Shown here piece after piece: positions 35,337-42,937 of a DNA stretch of 53,649 bases. The first letter of the stretch is position 1; every line of letters begins with the position of its first letter. Source of the DNA: Defluviitaleaceae bacterium (GTDB lineage Bacteria > Bacillota > Clostridia > Lachnospirales > WRAX01); the NCBI GenBank assembly GCA_009781625.1, contig WQVI01000001.1, positions 1 to 53,649 on the forward strand. Reading direction: 5' to 3'. The notes under the pieces were generated by a model. The model saw nothing but the letters and a program-made list of their open reading frames with translations. It was not told the DNA's origin and did no database searches. A program made the position numbers and the translations under genes.

Positions 35337-35390
35337 GGGAATGTGTTTGTCATGGGGTTTTGTGATTGCCAGACAAACACATTCCTTTTT
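35337..35390 (+). terminator. Intrinsic terminator ~25 nt downstream of the 35284 promoter; candidate short RNA or attenuator
   Basis: ggggaatgtgtttgtc-(20 nt)-gacaaacacattcc followed by tttttgccgtgcttttt. Confidence 0.55.
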
Positions 35391-35474
35391 GCCGTGCTTT
35401 TTACGGGATAATTATATCACCACATTTATCCAAAGTCAATATTTATTTTGGTTTTAAGCTGTCGCAAAATTATA

Positions 35475-35503
35475 TAGACAAAATTTTGTCAGGCAGTTAT
35501 ACT
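35475..35503 (+). promoter_or_regulatory. Proximal promoter candidate for kal with a perfect 14-bp palindrome over the -35
   Basis: TAGACA, 17-nt spacer, TATACT. GACAAAATTTTGTC lies at 35477-35490. Confidence 0.4.
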
Positions 35504-35531
35504 AATGTTAAGAAGATAACGAGGTGAAAAT

Positions 35532-35936
35532 ATGAGCGAAAAAGCAATGATAAGGCTGCGCATGGGCCAAAATGATGCCCATTATGCAGGAAATTTGGTG
35601 GACGGTGCGCGTATGCTGGCACTTTTCGGCGATGTGGCTACAGAGCTTCTGATACGCCACGATGGCGACGAGGGGCTGTTTGTGGCCTATGATGCTGTGG
35701 AATTTCTGGCCCCTGTCTACGCGGGGGACTATATCGAGGCTACGGGCCATATCGTCCATGTGGGCAATTCTTCCCGTAAAATGGCCTTTGAGGCCCGCAA
35801 AGTGATAGCACCGGCACCCCACGCGGGCGTTACCGCCGCCGATGTGCTGCCACAGCCCATCGTGGTGTGCCGCGCCAGCGGAACATGCGTGGTGCCTAAA
35901 GATAAACAACGTTTCAGAGGTGAAGCCAATGGATAA
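35532..35936 (+). CDS. kal: 3-aminobutyryl-CoA ammonia-lyase (hotdog fold)
   Basis: [35 protein letters not shown] matches remembered Kal sequences. Lysine-fermentation gene context. Confidence 0.8.
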   Translation: MSEKAMIRLRMGQNDAHYAGNLVDGARMLALFGDVATELLIRHDGDEGLFVAYDAVEFLAPVYAGDYIEATGHIVHVGNSSRKMAFEARKVIAPAPHAGVTAADVLPQPIVVCRASGTCVVPKDKQRFRGEANG

Positions 35937-36750
35937 ATTAATTATAACAGCGGCTATTAGCGGCGCAGAAGTGACGAAAAACCATAACCCCGCCGTACCC
36001 TACACCGTGGCAGAGATAGGCCGCGAGGCAAAATCCGCCTATGATGCGGGCGCGGCCATCATCCATCTCCATGTGCGCCATGACGACGGCACACCAACCC
36101 AAGACGCCGCCCGCTATGCAGAATGTATCGCGGAAATTAAGCGTCTGTGCCCCGATGTGATAATACAGCCGTCAACAGGCGGTGCCGTAGGCATGAGCAA
36201 CGCCGAGCGTATGCAACCCCTAACCCTGCGCCCGGAGATGGCCACGCTGGACTGCGGCACCGTAAACTTCGGCGGCGATGACATCTTTGTAAACACCGAA
36301 AACACGATAAAAGAATTTGGCACGCAGATGATAGAGCTTGGCGTAAAGCCCGAGGTGGAAGTTTTTGACAAGGGGATGATAGACACCGCCATACGCCTGG
36401 CAAAACAAGGCTTCATCCAAACCCCCATGCATTTTAACTTTGTGATGGGCGTAACAGGCGGCATAGCAGCCACCACGCGGGATTTTGCCTATCTGGCCGA
36501 CAGCATCCCCGCCGGCAGCACCTTCACCGCCACAGGCATAGGCCGACACGAATTTCCAATGGCGACGCTGGCCATCATAGCGGGCGGCCATGCGCGCGTA
36601 GGCTTTGAGGACAATATCTATCTATCCCGCAGCGTGCTGGCAAAATCTAATGGCGAGCTTGTGGATAAGGTGGTGCGCATAGCCACAGAGCTTGGCCGCG
36701 AAATTGCGACACCCACAGAGGCGCGGGCCATTTTGGGCCTAAACCATTAG
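35929..36750 (+). CDS. kce: 3-keto-5-aminohexanoate cleavage enzyme (BKACE/DUF849)
   Basis: [17 protein letters not shown]...AAIIHLHVR. The ATG overlaps the kal stop. Confidence 0.85.
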   Translation: MDKLIITAAISGAEVTKNHNPAVPYTVAEIGREAKSAYDAGAAIIHLHVRHDDGTPTQDAARYAECIAEIKRLCPDVIIQPSTGGAVGMSNAERMQPLTLRPEMATLDCGTVNFGGDDIFVNTENTIKEFGTQMIELGVKPEVEVFDKGMIDTAIRLAKQGFIQTPMHFNFVMGVTGGIAATTRDFAYLADSIPAGSTFTATGIGRHEFPMATLAIIAGGHARVGFEDNIYLSRSVLAKSNGELVDKVVRIATELGREIATPTEARAILGLNH

Positions 36751-36781
36751 AAATTTCGACAAATATCATACCTGCACAACC

Positions 36782-37732
36782 CTTGATCATCTTGAACACC
36801 CTTCTATAAACGCCGGTATCATCGGCTTTAGAAAGATGCTCATAGGGTGTTCAATGAGCATCCTTGTCTGTGTTATAAAAAAATCACTGGATTGCTTCGG
36901 ACTTGTAATGACATTTCAACTGCCACGGACATCCAGTTAGCAACGTAACGTCCAACTGTCATTGCGAGGCCAATGGTGGTTGAAAGGCCAATACAGTACA
37001 GGGCCGAAGCAATCCAGCTTACGTCAACATCAAAATTTATACTCATCGGCTAACTGGATTGCTTCGGACTTGTGCTGCATCATAATTCAACCATCGTAGT
37101 CCTCGCAATGACAATTGAACTATCACGGACATCCCTATAACAACGCAACGTCCAACTGTCATTGCGAGGCCAATGGTGGTTGAAAGGCCAATACAGTACA
37201 GGGCCGAAGCAATCCAGCTTACGTCAACATCAAAATTTATACTCATCGGCTATCTGGATTGCTTCGGACTTGTACTTCATCATAATTCAACTGTCGTAGT
37301 CCTCGCAATGACAATTGAACTATCACGGACATCCCTATAACAACGCAACGTCCAACCGTCATTGCGAGGCCAATGGTGGTTGAAAAGCCAGTGCAGTACA
37401 AGGCCGAAGCAATCCAGCTTACGTCAACATCAAAATTTACACACATCGGCTATCTGGATTGCTTCGGACTTGCACCGCATCATAATTCAACTGCCATAGT
37501 CCTCGCAATGACATTTCAACTGCCGCGGACATCCGGTAGCAACACAACCGTCCAACTGTCATTGCAAGGCCAACGGAAGTTGAAAAGCCAGTGTAGCACA
37601 GGGCCGAAGCAATCCAGCAACACATATCCATACAATTATTACACAGAGAAGGATGCTCATTGAACACCCCTTGAACATCTTTCTAAACCCCATGATACCG
37701 GCGTTTATAGAAGGGTGTTCAAGATGATCAAG
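36782..37732. repeat. 951-bp composite element: ~82-97-bp outer inverted repeats enclosing four tandem ~200-bp hairpin units
   Basis: 36782-36863 is the reverse complement of 37651-37732. Units begin with CTGGATTGCTTCGGAC at 36887, 37054, 37254 and 37454, and each ends with GGCCGAAGCAATCCAG. Confidence 0.9.
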
Positions 37733-37783
37733 AATTGTACCGGCGTAATACTTTCAAGCTAAAGATATAAGGAGATAAAGGTT

Positions 37784-38821
37784 ATGGAGAAAAAACTTTG
37801 CAAATACGGTACCAACAGGGTGATAGCGCCCCAGGGCGTGCTGCCCCAGGCGGCCCAGAAAATTGACAATGATATGACCATCCATGAAAACGAAATTTTA
37901 ATTGACGTTATCTCGCTTAATGTCGATTCTGCCTCGTTTACACAGCTTCGCGGTGAGGCAGGCGACGATGAGGGCAAGATAGCCGCCAAAATTATGGAAA
38001 TTGTGGCAGAACGTGGCAAGATGCAAAACCCCGTAACGGGCAGCGGCGGCATGTTAATTGGCCGCGTGGCGCAAATAGGCGCGGCTCTTACAGGGCGCGA
38101 TATACAGGTTGGCGACAAGATAGCCACGCTGGTTTCCCTATCGTTAACACCGCTAAAAATCAATAAAATCAACGCCATCCAGATGAATATAGATAGGGTG
38201 GACGTGGATGCACAGGCCATCCTCTTTGAAACAGGCATATACGCCAAGCTGCCCGAAGATATGAGCGAAGCCCTGGCCCTGGCCGCCCTGGACGTGGCCG
38301 GTGCCCCCGCCCAAACCGCCAAACTGGCGCGCCCGGGTGACGCCGTGCTTGTTTTAGGCGCAGGGGGAAAGTCCGGCATGATGTGCTGCTTTGAGGCCAT
38401 GCGCCGCGTTGGCCCAACGGGCAATGTCGTGGGCATGGTGCGTAGCCAAGCTGACCGTGAAAAGCTGATGGCTAACGGGCTATGCCACGACGTTATCGTA
38501 TCTGATGTAACCCAGGCCCTAGATGTGCTGGAAAAAGTGCTTGCCGCCAACAATGGGCGCGAATTTGATATTAGCATCAACTGCGTAAATGTCCCCAACA
38601 GCGAAATGGCCAGCATCCTGCCCGTGCGCGATGGCGGCACGGTGTATTTCTTCTCCATGGCCGTTAGCTTTACAAAAGCCGCGCTGGGCGCGGAAGGCGT
38701 TGGCAAGGATGTTAACATGATAGTGGGCAATGGCTACACCCGCGGCCATGCGGAAATTACACTGGCACAGCTGCGAGAAAGTGCCGCGCTACGTCAGATT
38801 TTTGAGGAAAAATATGTGTGA
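37784..38821 (+). CDS. kdd: L-erythro-3,5-diaminohexanoate dehydrogenase
   Basis: 345 aa. N-terminus KYGTNRVIAPQGVLPQAA..., NPVTGSGGML and a GAGGKSG Rossmann motif. Pathway context. Confidence 0.8.
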   Translation: MEKKLCKYGTNRVIAPQGVLPQAAQKIDNDMTIHENEILIDVISLNVDSASFTQLRGEAGDDEGKIAAKIMEIVAERGKMQNPVTGSGGMLIGRVAQIGAALTGRDIQVGDKIATLVSLSLTPLKINKINAIQMNIDRVDVDAQAILFETGIYAKLPEDMSEALALAALDVAGAPAQTAKLARPGDAVLVLGAGGKSGMMCCFEAMRRVGPTGNVVGMVRSQADREKLMANGLCHDVIVSDVTQALDVLEKVLAANNGREFDISINCVNVPNSEMASILPVRDGGTVYFFSMAVSFTKAALGAEGVGKDVNMIVGNGYTRGHAEITLAQLRESAALRQIFEEKYV

Positions 38822-38831
38822 TAATGATGCC

Positions 38832-39341
38832 ATGACGCCGCATACGGGCGAACACAGTTCGCCCCTACGAAGGCGCAAAGCAAACCGTTTAAAAGATTAC
38901 GACTATAGCCAAGCAGGTGCGTATTTTGTGACGATATGCACAAAAGACCATGCCCATTTATTTGGAAGCATCAGTAGGGGCGAACTGTGTTCGCCCGTAT
39001 GCCAAACGCATCTGTCACCAATTGGAGAAATTGTCGAATCTGAAATAGAAAAGCTTTCAGCAACTTATGATATGGCCTATGTCAATCTCTATGTCATCAT
39101 GCCAAATCATGTCCATATGATAATCGTTATTCGACATAATAACGGGCGAACACAGTTCGCCCCTACGTTGTCGCGCATCATAAAGCAATGGAAAGGGGCA
39201 ATAACAAAAAGAATTGGCCGCCCTATCTGGCAAAAATCCTTTTACGACCGTATAATCCGCAATGAAGGCGACTATCTTCGCATTGCCGAATATATAGAAA
39301 CCAACCCGGCCAAATGGCAAGAAGACGAATACTATTCGTAG
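38832..39341 (+). CDS. REP-associated tyrosine transposase (RAYT, IS200-like HUH/Y1), copy 1
   Basis: YFVTICT, HUH motif MPNHVHMII, WQKSFYDRIIRN and EYIETNP. Three type-1 REP hairpins lie in frame (38844-68, 38974-98, 39142-66) and a fourth spans the stop. The start could also be ATG 38814. Confidence 0.8.
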   Translation: MTPHTGEHSSPLRRRKANRLKDYDYSQAGAYFVTICTKDHAHLFGSISRGELCSPVCQTHLSPIGEIVESEIEKLSATYDMAYVNLYVIMPNHVHMIIVIRHNNGRTQFAPTLSRIIKQWKGAITKRIGRPIWQKSFYDRIIRNEGDYLRIAEYIETNPAKWQEDEYYS

Positions 39342-39362
39342 GGGCGAACTGCGTTCGCCCGT
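39338..39362 (+). repeat. REP hairpin type 1, overlapping the RAYT-1 stop codon
   Basis: gtaggggcgaactgcgttcgcccgt. Confidence 0.85.
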
Positions 39363-39397
39363 AACTGCGCATCCAATCAACAACAAAGGAGACCCCC

Positions 39398-40639
39398 ATG
39401 AAAAACAACATCTTCAAAAACATCCCCGCCGAAAATTGGAACAACTGGCAGTGGCATTTGCGCAATAAAATTGAGACGGTGGAAGATTTGAAAAAACTTT
39501 GTGACATCAGCGCAGCCGATGAAGTGGGCATTGCGCGCTGTCTTGAAACTTTTCGCATGGCCATCACGCCTCATTATTTTTCGCTGATAGATTTGCATGA
39601 CGAGCGCGACCCCGTGCGTGCCCAATGTGTGCCCAGCGTCTATGAAACCCATTTTGCCGGTGAAGATTTGGAAGACCCCCTGCATGAGGACGAGGATAGC
39701 CCGGCACCGGGCCTAACCCACCGCTATCCGGACCGTGCATTGCTTTTGGTAACGGACCAATGCGCCATGTATTGCCGCTTTTGCACCCGGCGGCGTTTTG
39801 CGGGACAAAAGGATGGCGCGCTGCCTATATCACAGGTGGATGCGGCCATAGACTATATCGAAAAGACGCCCGCCATCCGCGATGTGCTGCTATCCGGCGG
39901 CGATGCCATGCTGCTGCCTGATGATGCGCTAGAGCATATCCTAAAACGCCTGCGGGCCATACCCCATGTGGAGATAATCCGCTTTGGCTCGCGCCTGCCC
40001 GTGGTTTTGCCCCAACGCATCACGGATGAGCTATGCAACTTGCTGAAAAAATATCATCCCATCTGGGTTAACACCCATTTTAACCATCCGGCGGAAATTT
40101 CCCAGGCATCCATCGAAGCTTGCGAAAAGCTGGCAAATGCGGGCATACCCCTAGGCAACCAATCTGTGCTTCTGGCAGGTGTAAATGATTGCGTTCATGT
40201 CATGAAGCAGCTTGTCCAGCAGCTGGTAAAAATACGCGTGCGCCCATACTATTTGTATCAATGCGACCTTTCGCTGGGCCTGTCCCATTTCCGCACGCCT
40301 GTGGCCAAAGGTATCGAGATTATCGAAGGCCTGCGCGGTCACACCTCGGGCTATGCCGTGCCCACCTTCGTTGTAGACGCGCCCGGCGGCGGCGGCAAGA
40401 TACCCGTCATGCCTAACTATGTGGTGTCCCACGGCACACACAAGGTCATCCTGCGCAACTACGAAGGCGTCATCACCACATATACCGAGCCTGAAACCTA
40501 CCAACATACCTGCAACTGCCCTGTGTGCCGCGGAGATGAAAAGGCACAATATGAGGGACTTGCAGCGTTGATGAACAACCAAAAGCTGGCGATAGAGCCG
40601 GCAGATTTGGCCCGGCGCAGGAGGAAACATAATGGGTAA
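39398..40639 (+). CDS. kamA: Lysine 2,3-aminomutase (radical SAM)
   Basis: CAMYCRFCTRRR (CxxxCxxC), LLSGGDAMLL and a C-terminal Cys cluster CNCPVC. Confidence 0.92.
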   Translation: MKNNIFKNIPAENWNNWQWHLRNKIETVEDLKKLCDISAADEVGIARCLETFRMAITPHYFSLIDLHDERDPVRAQCVPSVYETHFAGEDLEDPLHEDEDSPAPGLTHRYPDRALLLVTDQCAMYCRFCTRRRFAGQKDGALPISQVDAAIDYIEKTPAIRDVLLSGGDAMLLPDDALEHILKRLRAIPHVEIIRFGSRLPVVLPQRITDELCNLLKKYHPIWVNTHFNHPAEISQASIEACEKLANAGIPLGNQSVLLAGVNDCVHVMKQLVQQLVKIRVRPYYLYQCDLSLGLSHFRTPVAKGIEIIEGLRGHTSGYAVPTFVVDAPGGGGKIPVMPNYVVSHGTHKVILRNYEGVITTYTEPETYQHTCNCPVCRGDEKAQYEGLAALMNNQKLAIEPADLARRRRKHNG

Positions 40640-41171
40640 TGCGCCTTCTCGTAAGCCTAACCGCTTGGAAAATCACGACTATGCACAGCCTGGCACATAT
40701 TTTATCACAATATGCTCTAAAGGCCACCAGCAACTGTTTGGCACAATTGCCTTGGGGAGCGGGCGGCAAAATGCCGCCCCTACAAGCCTCATGAAGTTGT
40801 CGCCCATAGGAAGGATAGTTGAAGCAGAAATAATGCGGCTATCCCGCACCTATGAAGGGGTTTATGTAGACTGTTATGTCGTTATGCCAAACCATGTTCA
40901 TATGATCATCGTCATCCGCAACATCCACGGGCGGCAAGATGCCTCCCCTACGATATCCCAGATGATGAATCAATGGAAAAGGGCAGCTTCTATAAAAGCA
41001 GGCTCATCTATTTGGCAAAAATCCTTTCATGACCATATAATACGCAACCAGGTTAGATATAACCTCATTGTTCAATATATAGCATGTAATCCAGAAATTT
41101 GGGAGAAGGACATTTATTTCATGGGGCCTGGACGTCCTTACATCGCCCCTTCGGACCGCCCCATTTTGTAG
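40632..41171 (+). CDS. REP-associated tyrosine transposase (RAYT), copy 2
   Basis: YFITICS, MPNHVHMII, WQKSFHDHIIRN and QYIACNP. The ATG overlaps the kamA 3' end by 8 nt. Type-2 REP hairpins lie in frame at 40759-83 and 40927-51. Confidence 0.8.
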   Translation: MGNAPSRKPNRLENHDYAQPGTYFITICSKGHQQLFGTIALGSGRQNAAPTSLMKLSPIGRIVEAEIMRLSRTYEGVYVDCYVVMPNHVHMIIVIRNIHGRQDASPTISQMMNQWKRAASIKAGSSIWQKSFHDHIIRNQVRYNLIVQYIACNPEIWEKDIYFMGPGRPYIAPSDRPIL

Positions 41172-41270
41172 GGGCGGCTTGTAGCCGCCCGTGGATAGTT
41201 AAATTTTACGTAGCATCGGAATTGCTGCTATAGACGTTGTATACCGTAGGGGCGGCTTGTAGCCGCCCGT
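41168..41270 (+). repeat. Two direct REP type-2 hairpins (41168-41192 and 41246-41270)
   Basis: Both read gtaggggcggcttgtagccgcccgt. The first overlaps the RAYT-2 stop codon. Confidence 0.85.
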
Positions 41271-41295
41271 AAACCAAAGCAAGGAGCTGATTACA

Positions 41296-42849
41296 ATCAA
41301 CCCCAAACTAAACCTAAGCCAGCACCAAATAGACCAATGCCGCAGCCACGCCAAAAACATCGCTGCTGATATGCAAAACTTCATCGCTCAGCACACCACC
41401 GTTGCCACAGAGCGCACGGTTTGCCGCCTACTGGGCATTGACGGCGTGGACGACATCGGCGTGCCCATGCCCAATGTGGTAGTGGCCCATCTGGCTGAAA
41501 ACCACCTGCTGGGCGCAGGAGCCGCCTTGATGCTGGGCAATGCCATGGCGCATCTTGGCAAAAGTCCGCAAAAAATCGCTGAGGGCATCAGCAGTGGTCA
41601 GATTCATTTGTCAAAAATACCTATGGGCGATGTGGCCGTAATCACCCAGGCCATAAACACCACTGCGGTCCAGTCCGTGGAGAAAATCCGCGCAAACCGC
41701 ATGGCCCGTGAGGATTTTTTGGCCCAACATCCGGATAGACAGGCGCCGCTGCTTTATGTCATCGTTGCCACAGGCAATATTTACGAGGACATAACACAGG
41801 CCCAAGCCGCCGTGGCTCAAGGTGCCGACATCATCGCCGTCATCCGCACCACAGGCCAAAGCCTGCTGGACTATGTGCCCTACGGCGCCACCACAGAGGG
41901 TTTTGGCGGCACCTACGCCACCCAAGAAAACTTTCGCCTGATGCGCGCCGCCCTTGACGAGGCGGGCCACGCAGCGGGCCGCTACATCCGCCTTTGCAAC
42001 TACGCCAGCGGCCTATGTATGCCCGAAATTGCCGCCATGGGCGCGTTAGAGCGTCTTGACGTAATGCTTAACGATGCCCTTTACGGCATACTTTTTCGTG
42101 ACATCAACATGAAGCGCACCATGATAGACCAATACTTTTCCCGCGTCATTAACGGCTTTGCGGGTATTATCATCAACACGGGCGAGGACAACTACCTTAC
42201 CACGGCGGATGCGGTAGAGGAAGCGCATACCGTTCTTACCAGTCAGTTTCTTAATGAGCAATTCGCACTTCTGGCGGGCCTTCCTGAAGAGCAAATGGGC
42301 CTTGGCCACGCTTTTGAAATTGCCCCCGACGTAAAAAACGGCTTTTTATACGAAATTGCCCAAGCCCAGATGGCCCGCGAGATTTTTCCCACAGCACCAC
42401 TAAAATACATGCCGCCTACAAAGTTTATGACAGGCGACATCTTTATGGGTACCGTACAAAACGCGCTGTTTAACGCCGCCACCGTGATGACGGGGCAAAA
42501 AATCCATCTTTTGGGAATGCTGACAGAAGCCATACACACGCCGTTTATGTCAGACCGCGCCCAAGCGCTGGATTCTGCTGGCTACATCGCCCATACCATG
42601 GCCGACATGGCCAATGAAATAGAATTTAAGCAAGACGGCATCATACAGCAGCGCGCCGCAGAGGTGCTGGACAAAGCCTGTGGCCTTCTGGCCACAATAG
42701 AGCAAAATAAGCTTTTTGCCACGCTAGAACAAGGCATCTTCGCGGGCATAAAGCGCGGCCGCGATGCAGGCAAGGGCCTAGATGGCGTTGTCCTCAAGGC
42801 CGAGGGTTATTTCAACCCATTTATTGACATGATGTTAGCGGGAGATTAA
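41296..42849 (+). CDS. kamD: Beta-lysine/D-lysine 5,6-aminomutase alpha subunit
   Basis: HTTVATERTVCRLLGIDGVD...LLYVIVATGNIYEDITQA...GATTEGFGGTYATQENFRLMR closely matches remembered KamD. The first ATG is at 41371, but homology (KLNLSQ...) continues upstream to an SD-positioned ATC at 41296, so the start is uncertain. Confidence 0.85.
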   Translation: MNPKLNLSQHQIDQCRSHAKNIAADMQNFIAQHTTVATERTVCRLLGIDGVDDIGVPMPNVVVAHLAENHLLGAGAALMLGNAMAHLGKSPQKIAEGISSGQIHLSKIPMGDVAVITQAINTTAVQSVEKIRANRMAREDFLAQHPDRQAPLLYVIVATGNIYEDITQAQAAVAQGADIIAVIRTTGQSLLDYVPYGATTEGFGGTYATQENFRLMRAALDEAGHAAGRYIRLCNYASGLCMPEIAAMGALERLDVMLNDALYGILFRDINMKRTMIDQYFSRVINGFAGIIINTGEDNYLTTADAVEEAHTVLTSQFLNEQFALLAGLPEEQMGLGHAFEIAPDVKNGFLYEIAQAQMAREIFPTAPLKYMPPTKFMTGDIFMGTVQNALFNAATVMTGQKIHLLGMLTEAIHTPFMSDRAQALDSAGYIAHTMADMANEIEFKQDGIIQQRAAEVLDKACGLLATIEQNKLFATLEQGIFAGIKRGRDAGKGLDGVVLKAEGYFNPFIDMMLAGD

Positions 42850-42912
42850 AAGCGATAAAATAAGACTTAGGGCCTATTACAAATACAAAATGCCTTGCCA
42901 CATGACGCTATC

Positions 42913-42937
42913 GTAGGGGCGAACTGTGTTCGCCCGT
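42913..42937 (+). repeat. REP hairpin type 1 between kamD and the GNAT gene
   Basis: gtaggggcgaactgtgttcgcccgt. Confidence 0.85.

Noticed and set aside
35497-35515. ttatactaatgttaag upstream of kal resembles repeat module A (ttatactaatctaagtta at 15703).
   Set aside because: Only about 10 contiguous identical bases match, and they coincide with a generic AT-rich -10 region. This is too short to claim relatedness.
36887-37617. The tandem array could be a CRISPR array.
   Set aside because: The period is ~200 bp with no unique spacers, the whole unit is repeated and self-complementary, and there are no cas genes in the window.
41020-41050. RAYT-2 reads WQKSFHDHIIR where RAYT-1 has WQKSFYDRIIR, which might mean loss of the catalytic tyrosine.
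   Set aside because: In HUH Y1 transposases the nucleophilic Tyr lies, as far as I recall, on the C-terminal helix (the YI..N motif). Both copies keep it (EYIETNP and QYIACNP), so there is no basis for calling RAYT-2 inactive.
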